Below, piece by piece: positions 37,951-51,801 of a stretch of DNA of 64,000 bases. Every line of letters begins with the position of its first letter. Position 1 is the stretch's first letter. Position numbers and translations under genes: made by a program. The stretch is from Lama glama (lineage: Eukaryota): contig CM052816.1 of assembly GCA_028534125.1 (NCBI GenBank), forward strand, positions 61,692,001-61,756,000, read 5' to 3'. Under the pieces are notes generated by a model. It was not told the DNA's origin. It saw nothing but the letters and a program-made list of their open reading frames with translations, and searched no databases.

Positions 37951-40900
37951 AGAGGAGCTCCCGTGGTGGAGGCGGAGTCACGGTGACGGTCAGAATACCT
38001 TTCTTTCACAACCTCAGAAAGAGCAGTTTCCTGGCAGAAGAGAAGTAAAATCGCCCTGCCCCCGTGCCCAGGTCTCTCCCTTGGAATTAGCCCGCTCCAC
38101 AGGAACAAGTGATAATCACGCCCGCACTTGGCCACAGAGTGTAGAAGGTTAGAGCTGGGAGGGCCTGCAGCTCCCATTCAGCACGGCTTCCTCATGTTGC
38201 ACATCAGGGAGCAACACCGAGCCCTTCCTTTTCCATGTTCAGCAACACGCTTTTCAGCTTTCTCCATGTTCAGGTCTTGACTCATTTTCTTTGGCTCCTG
38301 ACTTTTCTACATTCCTCCTTGTTAGAGCAAGTTACTCATTTACAGAAGGTGTAAAATTTGTTTGAGGCCTTCACACGAATGCCTGCAACCCATAGATAAT
38401 TTATGTTTTAAAATGATTTAGACATGTCAGCCTTCTTCCTGGCCAAGTTCTTTACCCAGCAGTGTCCTGAGGAGGAATGAAATTGGCCGATTTGAATTCT
38501 AACTGCATTTACTTCTCTTGCCCAGGCCCTGGTAGAAGTGTGAATGGGCAGCAAAATGCCAAAGGCAAGGGGCCAGAGGAAGAGCAGTAACCTGGACATT
38601 CAGCCTCTGGAAAAATGAAAATTCTCTGGAGTCCACTCATTTCAGAGAGAAGAAGCTGCCTGGTTTCTACTTCTGCGTATTGAGCGTCAAATGCCAGGTA
38701 TCAAACAGGAGACGGGTATTTATGTGGTGACGTGGATGAATTTGTGTGGGGGATGATTTGTATGGAGCTGTGAAGTAAGTAGATTGGGGAGAATGTGGAG
38801 AGAATCTGTCTTTGGCAAGATGCTGAGTGGCTGAAGTATCTTCAGGGCACTGCGTACAACATGGAAAAAATGACACACTCTTCTGTTGCATCCAAGTGAC
38901 TGCACGGTCGCTTTGAGAACAACAAAGTGGTAGTTACTTCTGAAGTGTGTAGAAGAAAAATTAGCAAAAGGAAGTTATGACCTAGGATTTCTGAAGCGCT
39001 TGCCCAAGATCTAAGATACATTATCGCCTTTCCAAAGAGAGGAAGCCTGGGTGTCTCTCTGAATTTAAATGAGGTATTACTGCCAGCCGTTAAAAATAAA
39101 ACTCCTACATCCAGTAGCCTGTGGGTGTGCAGGCATCCTTACCAATCTGTGTTCCATCTTTTGGCAAGTAAACATGACCTGAATTCATTTGTCTATTTAT
39201 ACTTTATACAGAATTCCTGATTCCAAGGGCTTAAAAGTTGTCAGGCTCCCAGATTCAAGTCTAGAGAAGTTAGAATCGTGGATTGTTTACAAAGCTTCTC
39301 CATCAAATGGAGCTGGTGTTAATTAACTCTGGCTTCCCTAGGTTCATTTCATATATTCCATGGTTGCTATGAAAAAATGGATCTGAATAACAAATGTACA
39401 GGTGGCACCATGAAGCAGAGTGTAGGCATGACATATTTTTTCCTTGGGTTGCTTCTGTTACCAGTCAAACTTGCAGACGTGAGACTAGAGCATTTCTGAC
39501 AATAAGTCCCACAAAAAGATGCTGCTCATTTATTTTGGCAGTGGGTTGTACTGTTGTGAGACGGCAGCTGTGTGTGGCAGAGCCCAGCATTATAACGCAA
39601 AGTTTGTCCTTTCTTAACACTTGCAAGACATTGGGTTATGGCATTTTAGAGGGAGATGGAACAGACAGAAGGCTGTGTTGAGAAGCAGCAGTTAAAATGC
39701 TGTAACTTGTAAAAATCCCTTTTGTGCAGTGTAATGTTTTCAGTTATTAAATGAGCATAATTTAAAGGGCAATTTACTTTTCAACATTTGTCCTGTTGTA
39801 TATTCCTACCATGTTGGTCAGTTTTATTTCTTTGTAGACAATTTTCAACTTATGCAGGTCAATAGGAGTTCATGGGTAAATTTAAATCTTAAGCCAAGAG
39901 GTTTACGTTGGTATTTCAGCAATTATATAATGTGAGCACTTTCCAAGTTTATTAAGTTCTACAAATACTCTATTGAAATGGAATATTCTGGACATAAAAA
40001 AGCCAGCAATGCATTGGTGGAGAATTGGACCTTTCGTTTTTCGCCCGATACATTTCTAGACAACACAATTGCGAACTCATTCTAAGGGGATTCCAAGGCA
40101 AAAGGGGGAAATAACCGTGTGTACCCCCCAGAGCAGGCTGACCTGCTGTGACCAGCATGGCTTTGCCTGGGTTCATGTGGCAGAAAAACGCACGCACGCT
40201 CTGATGACAGACACATCTTTTTCCTTTTGGTTGTTGGCAGGATGCTCGCTGTAAACTGAAGCTGACTGAGTACTAAGCCGAGGCAGGGGGTGAGAAGGAA
40301 AGGAGAAGATAACCGAGTGCCCCAGCAGGAAAAGTGCACAATGTGTGTTTGTTTCCTCTATAAATCACCAGGCAAATGTCTAACTGTTTTTATATACACT
40401 CAAATCAAGTGTTTTGGGGGTCAGTGCTTCTGGAATAAAATGCTGCAAGCAGCCGGGGCCGTGGATGTACATCATATATTATTGTACTATTGTCTTGGTG
40501 TAGATGCTAGTGTCTGCTGACTCCGATTGATTCCGCTGCCTCAGTGTAAGTACGTAGTAGTGTCTGCGTCTTATGGAGCTGGAATTGAGATTTGGGTTTG
40601 GAACTGAGGTCACTTCACGTATTTTTTAAAAATTCTTCCTTCTGAGATTAGTCACTTGTATTCTCTTCTGCTTTAAGCCAGACTCTAAAATAGTCTGCAC
40701 TTTGAACAGACTGGGCATTGTTGGGTATTCATGCTGCAGTTCCTTGGAAACCACGTTCATGAGTCAGAAAGCAAACAGCAGGCCTGTTGTATTGATACTA
40801 TGATGTGTGTTCCTAACGTAGCACCTGACGTGTGTGTGTGAACTGGCCGAGTGTCACTCACCCACGAGTTGCTGTGCAGGATGCAGGGGAGGCTGGAGCT

Positions 40901-41271
40901 AATTGGAATATAACCCATGACTGTTTGGGTAAGGTGAAGGCATGCCATCTTAGAGGCAGGCCTTCCCTTCTGTTTCTCAGTGGGGCTCCTCTTTCCTTAA
41001 TAGCGCTCACAGGTTTATTGCAGTGAGTGGAAGACAAGAGGCCATTTGCTTCCTGCACATCAATCACTATGGACCTGAGACCTCAGAGTCTGTACGTCAG
41101 AAAGCAGGCCACACAAGCCTTGCTCCTGAATTCTCAGAAAGCCCTCAGATATGTCAGCCAACTCCAAGAGTCCAATTAATCAGGGTCTATGGTGGGAAGA
41201 GGTGAGAAGAAAAACTCAAATGTGTTCAAATGATTAAGCAAAACAGATTGCTTATCTGTTGCCGTCTAAGC

Positions 41272-41455
41272 CAGGGGTCGGCAAAATACAGTCTTCAGCC
41301 TGATTTTGTACAGCCCACAAAGTAAAAATGATTTCTTACATTTTTAAAGATTTGTTTAAAAAGAAACACTAAAAGCGAAAAATATGGGATAGAGACTATG
41401 TGGCCCTAGAAACCTAAAATATTGACTATATGGCCTTTTACAGAAAAAGTTTGAG
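41272..41455. mobile_element. MER58A-like hAT-Charlie MITE
   Basis: caggggtcggcaaa start; acctaaaatattgactatatggccttttacagaaaaagtttg end. Confidence 0.85.
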
Positions 41456-42727
41456 CTAGGAGGGTGCAATAATGAGAAATTTTTCATTTTTAGCTGCCAC
41501 CCATTTCACTTCTCTTTGTCCCTTGAGTCCATCTGTATTGTCTGTCAGCACAGGAGAGGACTTATGCTTTGACTCAAGGGACCCTGTGAGACCCATGTGG
41601 AGTCTAGGGGTTTCTGGCCCCCCTTTCAGGCAGGCCTCACCACAATCCGAGTCTTCTCTACCTTGCATCCAGTAGGTAAGTGAAGGGAGAACCAAGGGCT
41701 TGCAGAAAGTGAGATGGAACATGGATTAGAACAATCTGCTCTAACTTCCCAGGCGTCTCAGGGCTTCCAGAGCAGCCCAGCCTCTCCGCAAGCACACGTG
41801 TTTATCAGATCTCCTGAGCCATTTGATACCTGGGTGTTTTTCTTCCAATACCCTTCTTAAAGAGCTGGCTCACCTCCAAGCTTTGGGGAAGATAAGATTC
41901 TAAACTAATTCCTGAAGTTTCTGGATGGAGAGAGACTGCCTTTCACTCCAGGCTGCTCCTCTTTGTTCTTTGATCTGACTCCCAGGAGAGCCATGAGCGT
42001 TTCTCCTGCTGCAGCTCTGCCTGAATATCGCCAGTAAGCTCTGCTCATGTGCCCACAGGTTGGTGACTGGGGGCTGGGGTTGGAGAAGAGGAACACCCTT
42101 TGTCTTGCTTTCTTTTTGGGCCAGACTTTCTCTTCTTGAAGGAGCACACTCCCAGGGCTAACGTGCTCCCTGAGATAGATATTTCCCACGTAAGCAGACT
42201 GAACAGCAAACCTAGGGTTTAAACAAGCTCTGGGGCTGGCATCAGTCACCATTTCCTTGAGAATCTCGACTCCCCTACTCTTCTTCATCCTCTTTGAGGT
42301 TGCCCGAGCTTAGGCCCTCGTCATCTCTCACTGAGACCAAGGGAGTGGTCCCTGCACTGGCGGCTTGAACCTAGAGTCCAACTCAGGCTACTCTCCACAC
42401 TGCTCCCAGGGACCTGAAAACCTGGTCATGTCCCCGGAGGTTGGAACCTTTCTTCTGGTTCCCCACTGCCTACAGAGTAGAAGTGCAGCTCTGCTGCAAC
42501 CTTGTGAGATCTGTCTGCTTTTCTGATAAGTTGCCCACTCCCTTCCCTTCCCATCTGTTTGCACTTACCCTCCAGTGGTGGTTACTGAGAAGTTGCTAAA
42601 GCAGATTGCATCATATGCACATACCTTTACTCACACTGGTTCCACCACCCAAAATGCCCTTCCCTGCTCTTTCCCCAGTTTGTTTCACTAATCCCTAGTC
42701 ATGTTCAAGTTGAGGGGTCAAGGGTCA

Positions 42728-43128
42728 TGTTAAGGACTGAATTGGGTCCCCTGAAGTCCTAACCACCAGTCCCTGTGAATATGACCTTATTTGGAAATAG
42801 GGTTTTTGCAGATGATTAAGTGAAGATGGGGTCATTAGAGTGGGTCCTAATCCAAAATGACTGGTGTCCTTATGAAAAGAGTGTATTTGGACACAGATGG
42901 ACTTAGAGGAAAGACACTGTGAAGATTGTCTGCAAGCCAAGGAATGACGGAGGCTGTCACAGGTGAGGAGAGAGGCATGGAGCTGGTTCCCTTTCACGGC
43001 CCTCAGAAGGACCCAAGGCTGCTGACACCATGATGCTAGATTTTAACCTCCAGAACTGTGAGAAAGTAAGTTGTTTAAGCCGTCCAATTTGTAGTCTCTT
43101 GTCAGGGCAGCCTGAGAAAACTAATTCA
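42728..43128 (+). mobile_element. MLT1C-type MaLR solo LTR with perfect 5-bp TSD
   Basis: TG...CA termini, gaccttatttggaaataggg motif; TSD GGTCA at 42723-42727 and 43129-43133. Confidence 0.93.
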
Positions 43129-43245
43129 GGTCATTTTTAGTGGAGAGCCTTTCTCGGTCCACATATAGTTAACATGACTAGCCTCTCATGTGCCCCAGCT
43201 TGTTCCTGATGTATCCCACAACCCCAGCTGTCATAACACAATAAA

Positions 43246-43410
43246 GCAGTACTTTTCAAATTATAATGTGCATAGGAATCACCTGGTAACCGGTTTAAAT
43301 GCAGATTCTGGTTCATGAAGCCTGGGTCGGGCCTGAGACGCTGAATTTCCAGCAAGCTCCCCGGTGATGCTGATGCTGGTCCACAGGGCACATGCTGAGT
43401 GCCAAGACAT
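43246..43410. mobile_element. MER5A hAT-Charlie MITE
   Basis: gaatcacctgg...aaatgcagattctgg...gggcctgagacgctgaatttc...caagctccccggtgatgctgatgctggtcc. Confidence 0.88.
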
Positions 43411-46400
43411 AAGCACGCTTGTTTATGGGTCTGTCCATGGTACTGTAATGTGCCTGAGGGCAGGGACTCTGCCTTTGAATACCCAGTGCTTGGTGCAGTG
43501 CTGGGAACGTGACAGGCACATACTAAATGCTGGTTGAATGGTTGATGAATGAGTGAATGAATAAATGAATGAATCTGTGTTATTAGGTATGGAAGGGTTC
43601 ACGGTCATTCCCAAGGTATGTTGGGCATATAATAATTAGACTGCCAAATGTCCCCTAACTTTCCTGCCCTTCAACATTTTTATTCATGTAAAACTCATCT
43701 TGGAGAGGGAAAGAAGCTCTAATCGTACACTTGAGGGAAAACATTCTGGAATGCCACACAGATGGTAGGGAGGTGTATCACTAATCTTTCAGCTGGATTT
43801 GAGTCAACCTTTTAACACCAGTTGGCAAAAGCCACCCCTTCCACCATCCTTCCTCCACATCTGCCCTTTGGGTAACTGCCCAGAACCTGGTCACTGAGAG
43901 CAGAGGGCAGGCAAGGAATGTAGATGACTAGATTCGTAGTAGCGTAGGAATCTGGCCTTGTACACTTAAAACGGCTCCCTGGGGTAGGTATCTCTGTTTA
44001 TAGATAGAAAGTGGAGGCTTGAAGTAGTTTGTCCCAAGCTATCAAACTAATGAGTGACAGAACCAGGGGACAAACAGATTTAACAAAGCCTGTGTTTTTT
44101 CATCACACTGCAAAAAAGAGATCTAATGGTCTAACCGGCCACACTGTTGGGATATCTACGCTACGTTCCCTCCTCCCAGTGGGAAGCTGAAAGCAGTAGA
44201 TACTGCTCCGTAGCTCAGAGGCAGTTACTCAGTTGCTTTCCAGAGTATTCCAATTCTGATAGAGAGATGCCTCATTTTTCCGGTATCTTCAAAAACATGA
44301 TATTTCTTCCTTTAGATGATTTCTTCCTATAATTAAAAAAATTTTTTAACAATTTTGGATAGAATAATTCTAATATAGAGTACATTTGCTTTGTCTTTTT
44401 AAGTAAGATAAATCTTCTCTTAATGCTTCAGGGCCATTGTTAAGGATTGTCAGTCCCAGCACTATGCTGGAATTCATTCATATTGTTCATACAGATGTTA
44501 CTGTAATACAGTGAACTGTTTGCCAAACATTAAGTGGTCTCAGATTTAATCTGTTTTGAGACAATAGTTCTCCTCTCATAGCTTTTTTTTTTTGTCCCTC
44601 CCTCAATATAAAGACTATCAGTTGTTCCTTTCTGCTGCTGTCAATGAATCTGCTTCTAACATGGTCTTGTTTCTAATTTGTTAATTTGTTTCTCAAGGAT
44701 GAGAAACACTGATATGCAAGCTTATTAGAAATATAGGCGAAGTAAGAGTGAGGATATGAAGTGAGCATCTTAGAGGTTTCCTTCCAAGTTAGCACGTGAG
44801 ATTCAGCACCTTTAAAGAGTTGCTTTTGGTTCCCTAGAGGTTTCTGTTCATTTCTTGGTTCTGAACATTACATTTTCAGGTTAAGGTCTTCTGAAAAATA
44901 AGATCTATACATACGCAATGGTGCTATTCAGTATAGTGGCTTTAGATTCCCTGTTGCCTATACAAAAGCTAATGACAGAAAAACCTCACTAACTTGGGAC
45001 AACACTAAAGGGGAAGACATCCTGAATTAAACTTTTAAAACTTGATGTAATGTACTTTTCAAAATGTATGTCTCTTGCTTTCAAAATCAAAAAATGACTC
45101 ATATTTGCTGCTAAGAAAAGGTTACCAAGACTTCTTGTTGGATGCTTTCTGTTGAATAGACAATCTTCATCTAGTTTTAAACAGTATGTCCACACACTTT
45201 ATTGTCTTAAGTAATTTAATGCTATTATCTTTTACGTTTTTACTTCCATGTAAAATCTAAAGAGTAAAAAGATGAACTCTAGTCTCAACCAGGTTGAATT
45301 ACTGTAAATCCCTAATGAATAGGGTCTAGCTTTACTAGATATATGTATGTGTGTATATATCTACCTATATATTTTTTTAACTGCTAAAGAGTCACCTCAG
45401 TAACCTTTTGACATTTCACAATTAAATGTTTCCCTGTACCTTTGGGAAACAGTTTTAAAGCTGAAAGTTAATTTTATTTATATCTACTTACCAAGTTATA
45501 TGCTATAGCTTCTCATTTAGAAAAATGAGAAGAGAACCAAGGAAGAACAAGCAAAGATGAAGAGCGGAAACTGGCCAAAATTAGATGTGATATATGTAAG
45601 GCAGGCTGGGGGCCAGAGGACGGCCCTGCTTTGATTGACTGGAATGTTTGGGCAAGAATGGATGGAAGGCGCAGCCCCGGGAGGCAGCCAAGTCCTTATT
45701 GTTACAGACAAATGACCCTTAGTTTCTTTCAAAAAAATAGCATTTGGAAAGTCAGTGTGGTTTATCTAAAAAGAAATCTGTACTAGTAAATTAGTTCTTT
45801 TAAAAATACAAACAAACCGTAAGGGTTATTTTCTAGGCTGCGTTTTCATTCCAAATAGCTTTTGAATAAAGAGATCCACTACAGGCTAAAAGTACATTCA
45901 TCTCAGATAATGCAACAAGGTTGAGTTCTAACAGGATTTCCTGGTTTAACAGAAGCTTTCCATAACAAAATAACTGTAGTCTAGCAAAACAAGGAGACCA
46001 TACTTTAAATGTCTCTTTTCTTACCTTTTATTCTTTTGAAATAATAGCACAGTTTTTTTTTCTTGTTTCAAGAAGTTTTTATGATGAATGAAATAGGCTA
46101 ATACATTGGAATTTAGAACGAAACACTGGGCAAACATGCAGCTTAAGAAAATTTACAGCTTGCTAGCCAGAACCACATCTGTTGGGCAAGAAGTCTTCAT
46201 AAAATAATTATGAATATAAATAGTTAACTTTGGTTTCTGTTGATCATAAAAAAAGTTAAGGGCCATTACTTTGACAATAATAGTACTATCCAAAAAAGAA
46301 AGGAAAAATAATATAGAAAGGACACTTTTATAAGATGTATGTTCACACAATCTAAACAGGCTCTTAAAGAAATGCAGCCACTTAGGTGCAAATTAAATAG

Positions 46401-46858
46401 TCTCCTCAACTTCAGTTGTTTTTAACCACTATTTTACTGACCTTGTTTTTTATTATTCTGATTGAAGGAAAAAGCTGTTTGCACAGAGTGCTTCAAAGAG
46501 CAGGAAACTCTATCAATAATCTCCTCTAAGCTTGCTGCTCATCCACATCAAAAGGGCTTAACCATCTATTTACTTGTCCCCCGTCAGAGAGATGGCCTTT
46601 TACTGCTCCAAAAGGATCTAGACTCCTCCCCAACTGTGGGAGAGGAATCTGCATTCTACTAGGGAACATGTAAATTGTATTTGCCTACACCTACAACTCT
46701 TGTATCTTTCCTTTAGAAGCTGAAAATTGCTAAGTCATCAGAAACCCAGGGGGGAAAAAGGAAGAACAAGATGTCAGCGAGACTCCCCATAGCCTATGAA
46801 AACTCCGTGATAGTTTCTTACTAACTAGAAAAGATTTCGCAATAAAAGGCATTCATTT

Positions 46859-46900
<42 letters not shown>
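46859..46900. repeat. (TA)n(CA)n compound microsatellite
   Basis: Directly visible. Confidence 0.95.
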
Positions 46901-46902
<2 letters not shown>

Positions 46903-49434
46903 AAAGCTTCCTCTTCTTTCTGTATCATTGAAATTAAAGTTTGTATACAAATTAACTTGCATTGAATTACCACGCCCCTCGTTTTCAAAATTGCTTCTCA
47001 GAGAAGCATAGACCTTTTTCAGAACATTTAAAAATAGATTTAAACAGAAGTTCTAATTTTAAAAAAGCCATATAGAGAAAAGCAGTGTTATCACAGAGTC
47101 CATTTTGCAGGTGGACAACAAGGACAGTCTGTTAGAGACAAGAATTACTCGTGGCCCTATGATCTGACTACAGGAACGCTTCTAATACTCAGGTCACTCA
47201 TGTGATTACATTTGATGTAGTCTGTATCTCTATCTGCGTCCAGGATAAATTAATGGACATGGTTCATTGACATTGTATGCTTTGGTTATCTACTTTTCCA
47301 CCCACTTGAAAAAAAATTCCATACGTGTGCTAAACTCTTCCTTAGTCTTGTGTTTTATTATGAGGAATGAATTTTAATTGCTTTTTGGCCAAGAGAAAAT
47401 GTTTGGCTTCAATATCATGCCAGACATTTTTTTTTTTTAAGTTTGTAAGACCTTAGTGACTTGTCCTTGGAAACCAGGGTCGTGTGTGTGTATTGTTTTT
47501 AAGTAAATGCTGAGACATTTAAGTAAATGTTTTTAAGTAAATTTGATTCTTTATTTTAAACAATCTTAATCTCCCTGTTACAGTTGTGGTTATGGGTGAG
47601 AAACTCATGGCCTCAGTGTTCCAATGATCCAACTTTCTGATTACTCAGACTGCACCTCCAGAAAACCCCAATGTCTTCCCTCAGGAGAGGCTACGCCAAC
47701 CAACTCTAATGTCCTGATCTTCCTCCGTCAGCGAGTCGACAAATAGTTCACGTGCCAAAGGGGACGGCCTCTTTCCCATCCATCCTCAACTACCTCACCC
47801 ATGTGCACTGTAGAAATGGATTTTTTCTTTCTGTGAGAATCCAGGTCATCTGAATTGGGTGTTCTGTCGGCTTTTTGTGGTAGGGGAAAAGCACTCTGCC
47901 CTTCTGCTGGAAAGTGTGTCTCACCCTGGTCTGTTATCTTCCTTTTGTGTAGAGTGAGGTAAAGAAATGATTTATCCTCTCAACAGCATGCTCCGCCTTG
48001 TCTCGCTGACTTCCCTTCCAGCCTCTCCATGGGATTTGAGAATTTATATTTCCTTGCTTTTGTTTGCTGATTGTATAAAGGATTTTTATCTTCTTGTTTC
48101 AAGTAAAGTCTCACAAGATAGGATTTCCTTTCTTTAGTAACACTTTGTCCCCTAAGCATATTTTAAGGTTTTTTTCTTGAGTTTGTTCACACTCAGTTTC
48201 ACTCTTACTTTGTCTCTTTTCTCGTGTCTACTTTAAGAAGGCATGGCTTTTCAGCTCTATCTGTTGTCTTTTCCTTCCCCACCCCCCTCCCCTCCCAAGG
48301 GCAGACTCTTGGCTCTCCGTCCCCTGTCTTCCTTCACTGTTATTTAACGTGATCTAAAAGGGGAAGTGCAGCGTCCACCCCACAGGCTACTATTTTTTTG
48401 TTTCGAAAAGTACCGCCAGTCAGAACTTAAACCTGTACTGAATAGCTGTTCTCAAATTAGAATCACCTACTGTCATCCACCTAGTGTCACTGGTCCTTGG
48501 GGTGTAAGCTTAGCTCCACAGGTGAAATGGAATATGCACCAGAGGGAACAAAAGTACAAAGACTGTCATTCTCTGGGCTCCCACCTCCCTAATCACTAGC
48601 CGAGCAAGACTCAGCACAGCAAACACTTTAGGCCTGGGACGTACAGTGTTTCACACCAGACTGTGTGTGTGGAATAGATATTAATTTTTGTAAGAATGAA
48701 AATGTGATGAGTTTCATAGAAGACAAAAGAAATAAGATTGCAAGTTAAATTCAGTTTGTATAAAATAATTACGACAGAAGTAGTATTTGTAAGATACTTT
48801 CCAGGCTGCAGTTAATGGCTTACATTTTTTAAAGAAAATATTCTGTATAATAAAATTCCCAGTCAATGAAATTGGAAGGTGCCTAGAATTTGCTGTAGGC
48901 AAATTTGCTTTGTATTTAGTTAACTCACTGGTTTTGAAGTTTTTCTGTTAAATAATACTTTAAAAAAATTTAACTGATAGGTGGTAGCATTAGTTTGATT
49001 CAGGTTTATCACAAGGTATAAAGTAAAAGACACAATAAGTTGTATTTGAGGCAGCAATGAAAGGTTAAGTTTTAAGGCAGCAATGAAAAAGTCTGGCTCT
49101 AAACATTTCTCATGGTAGCAAAAGCAGCAAAAAGTTACCATCAGCATTTTCAAACATTAATTAACTCTACCATCTTAGAGAATCAGCAGGAGAAAAATCA
49201 TTGCCCTGAGCTGTATAGGACAGCATCTTATGAGATAATTCTTGGTATGCAGTAAGGAGAAAAGGCCAGAAAGGGCTAACTAAAAAGCAAGAGGTTTCAG
49301 AAGCACAGCAAAGGTTTATCTGACTTCCTCCATCCCACTTCAGAATCACCAGCTTTTATGATTGTGTCAGGTGTTTTTTATGTGTATGCCATCGAGGCCT
49401 TACATCACGGTCTAAAGATGCGTAAAAAAATGTG

Positions 49435-49730
49435 CAAGAGGATTTTTAGGGCAGTGAAACTATAAATGCTTCTGTATGAAGCTATAATGCTGGATACACG
49501 TCGCTCAGTATACATATGTCCAAACCCACAGGATGTACATCACCAAGAGTGGTCTTTCAGTGGTCATGTGTCAGCGTAGGCTCAGTTGTGACAAACATAC
49601 CACTCTGCTGGAGGATGTTGCTGGGAGGCTCTGCGCGTGTGAGGACAGAGGTATAAGGGCAATCTCTGTACCTTCCTCTCAATTTTGCTGTGAATCTAAA
49701 CTGCTCTAAAAAATAAATCAGTTTTTAAAA
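49435..49730 (+). mobile_element. L1MC-type 3' end
   Basis: tttttagggcagtgaaactat...aatctctgtaccttcctctcaattttgctgtgaatctaaactgctctaaaaaataaa. Confidence 0.85.
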
Positions 49731-49879
49731 ATGTACATAGCAGACACCTTCCCACCTCCCCTGCACCTTCTTTTCAGTTCAGCTTTTCAAATGCTTTGTA
49801 GTAAAAGAGAGCACGTAAGTAGCCTCCAGACATGTCCTATATCTATAGGACCATAGAATTTGTCAACTACATAAGGCAT

Positions 49880-50580
49880 TTTGGGGGAGAGGAGGGACCA
49901 CTATTAATAATTGTGTAGAGACAACAGGCACCTGGGACTATTCCAGCAAAACAGGATGTATGATTCTACTGTTTACCAGCATTTTTAGACTATGAAAGTA
50001 ATGTAGCAACATAATGGAAAGTTTGAAAACTAGGAGGAAAAACATAATCTCACCATCCTAAAACAACCACTCAGTTAATAATTTTGGAACATTCACTTCC
50101 AATGTTTTCCATATTTTTTTTTTACAGTGGCAGTCCTACTATGTATGTGATTTGGTGTCCTGTATTTTTTTTAATTTTATGTATACTTTTTCATATTTCT
50201 AGTTTTCAAAATCATTTTAATGTCAATTTTAGTATTCCAGGAAGTATATCTACCATTTATTTAGTCATGTGTTTGATTTATTTTAGATGCACATAAAGAA
50301 AGCTCTTGTTACTCAAAGTGTGGCCTACAGACCAGTAGCATGGGTATCACCTGAGAGCTTGTTAGAAACACACAGTCCCATTGCGAAAGCCCCAAGCAAA
50401 TCTGAATCTGCCAGTCAAGAAAACCTCCAAGGGGTGTACATCAGAGCACTGAATTCATCTACCTATAAATAATGCTGCTGTGAACATCTTCATGCACACG
50501 TATTGTGGATAGTTTAGTTGTATCCAATCCCGAGAAGAGAGATTATGAGTTGAAAGGACTTGCAGATTTTTATGATGGCC
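49880..50580. mobile_element. Nested remnants: hAT-Blackjack MITE (~49880-49970) and antisense L1ME with a MER5-type insert (~50300-50450)
   Basis: ctattaataattgtgtagagacaacaggc; ataatgctgctgtgaacatcttcatgca; ttactcaaagtgtggcctacagaccagtagcatgggtatcacctgagagcttgttagaaa. Confidence 0.6.
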
Positions 50581-51801
50581 AGAATTGCAGGGGAGTACTT
50601 AAAGGGCCAGAAGGGCAGGTGTGACTGAGTGCTGTAGCCTGAGGACTGGTCCAATTAGTACCATCTGTTGGCTGGTGGATTATGACTGACCCGTTGGGGC
50701 CCTCTGGTGCTAAAAGCTCTACCGTTTAAAGAACAAGCCTCATACTCCCATCTGGAGGCAGAGCTGGAGAGAAACTTTCTGTTCCATCTCCCTGCCCCAT
50801 AGACTCACAGAGCTCGTTGCAGTGCCCATCAGATTGCAAGGCTGACAACTCCTACATCTCCTAGACACAGGCCAGAAACCTCCTTAAGTTTCATGTGCAG
50901 GGAATTCATTCCTTACTTTCTCGGAGTCATGAAGAGAAATGCTTCTTCGGGGGGCCTTTAGATTCACCTTCCAAGCCACAGTAATTTTAGCTTGGCTCTG
51001 GCATCTGTACCCCAGAGGATCACTGTGCTGCCTCCCTGACGGCTCCTAAGTCTCTCTTCCTCCCCAGGAGCTGCAGATACTTTCCTTAACAGACAATCCC
51101 AGCCCTTTAGGGGGTCTGTGATTCCAGTGCTTGTGCCATCCTGCTGGATTCCGGCATATTATCTGGACTTTGCTCATCACTGCTTTCATGTCTGACCTGG
51201 TTTTCTGCTCCGGCGTCTCCAGTTTTTCATCTGGCCTGTGGGTTGCTGTTTTTCTTGGGACAATGTCACATGTGAGTTTTATGATACGCTCTCCTGATAG
51301 TGATATTGTCCAGACTCTCAGTTTGTTTCTTAGTGGTCTTAAGCCTGCCCATCAAAACTGCCACCCATCAGGCCGGCTTATCTGTGAAGATGTCTGGGGT
51401 AGAGTCTGGCAGCTTCATCCTGCTGCTTCACCTTCATTTAAGGATGATCTCAAATGAACATCTGGATTTGTCTTAAGATAACTACAATATCAGTGTCCAT
51501 CCTGACAGACTTGAGCAGGTCACTACCATGCCTCCGCTATTTCTTCTGAAAACGTTTTCCCTTTTCCATCAATGACAGAGCTTAGCATTATCTCAGAGAG
51601 AAATGGAAGAGTGTTTTCGGTGACCTGCGTTTCTTTATGGGATTCAACCTGTTCAGTCTCACATGCTGTTTATGTAATCACCTTTGGTGTTCAAGCATGA
51701 TGCTGTAACAAGCATCATTTGGAACTCTTTGTATGAGAGAGAGAGAGAGATTGAGAGTCTGAGCGTTACCTGGAGTTCATTTTGCTCTGAAATAGGCCAA
51801 G

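Larger units (their letters stand above)
42200..43575 (+). mobile_element. L2 LINE 3' part, interrupted by MLT1C and MER5A, ending in (TGAA)n
   Basis: L2 body motifs and tail tgctggttgaatggttgatgaatgagtgaatgaataaatgaatgaat. Confidence 0.75.

Noticed and set aside
44918..44927. AATGGTGCTA as a miR-29 gene
   Set aside because: Only a seed-complement match, with no precursor hairpin; no known pre-miRNA was recognised anywhere in the window.
46462..46662. ORF with CxxC (VCTECF) as a zinc-finger exon
   Set aside because: Non-ATG start, no second Cys/His pair at suitable spacing and no clear donor.
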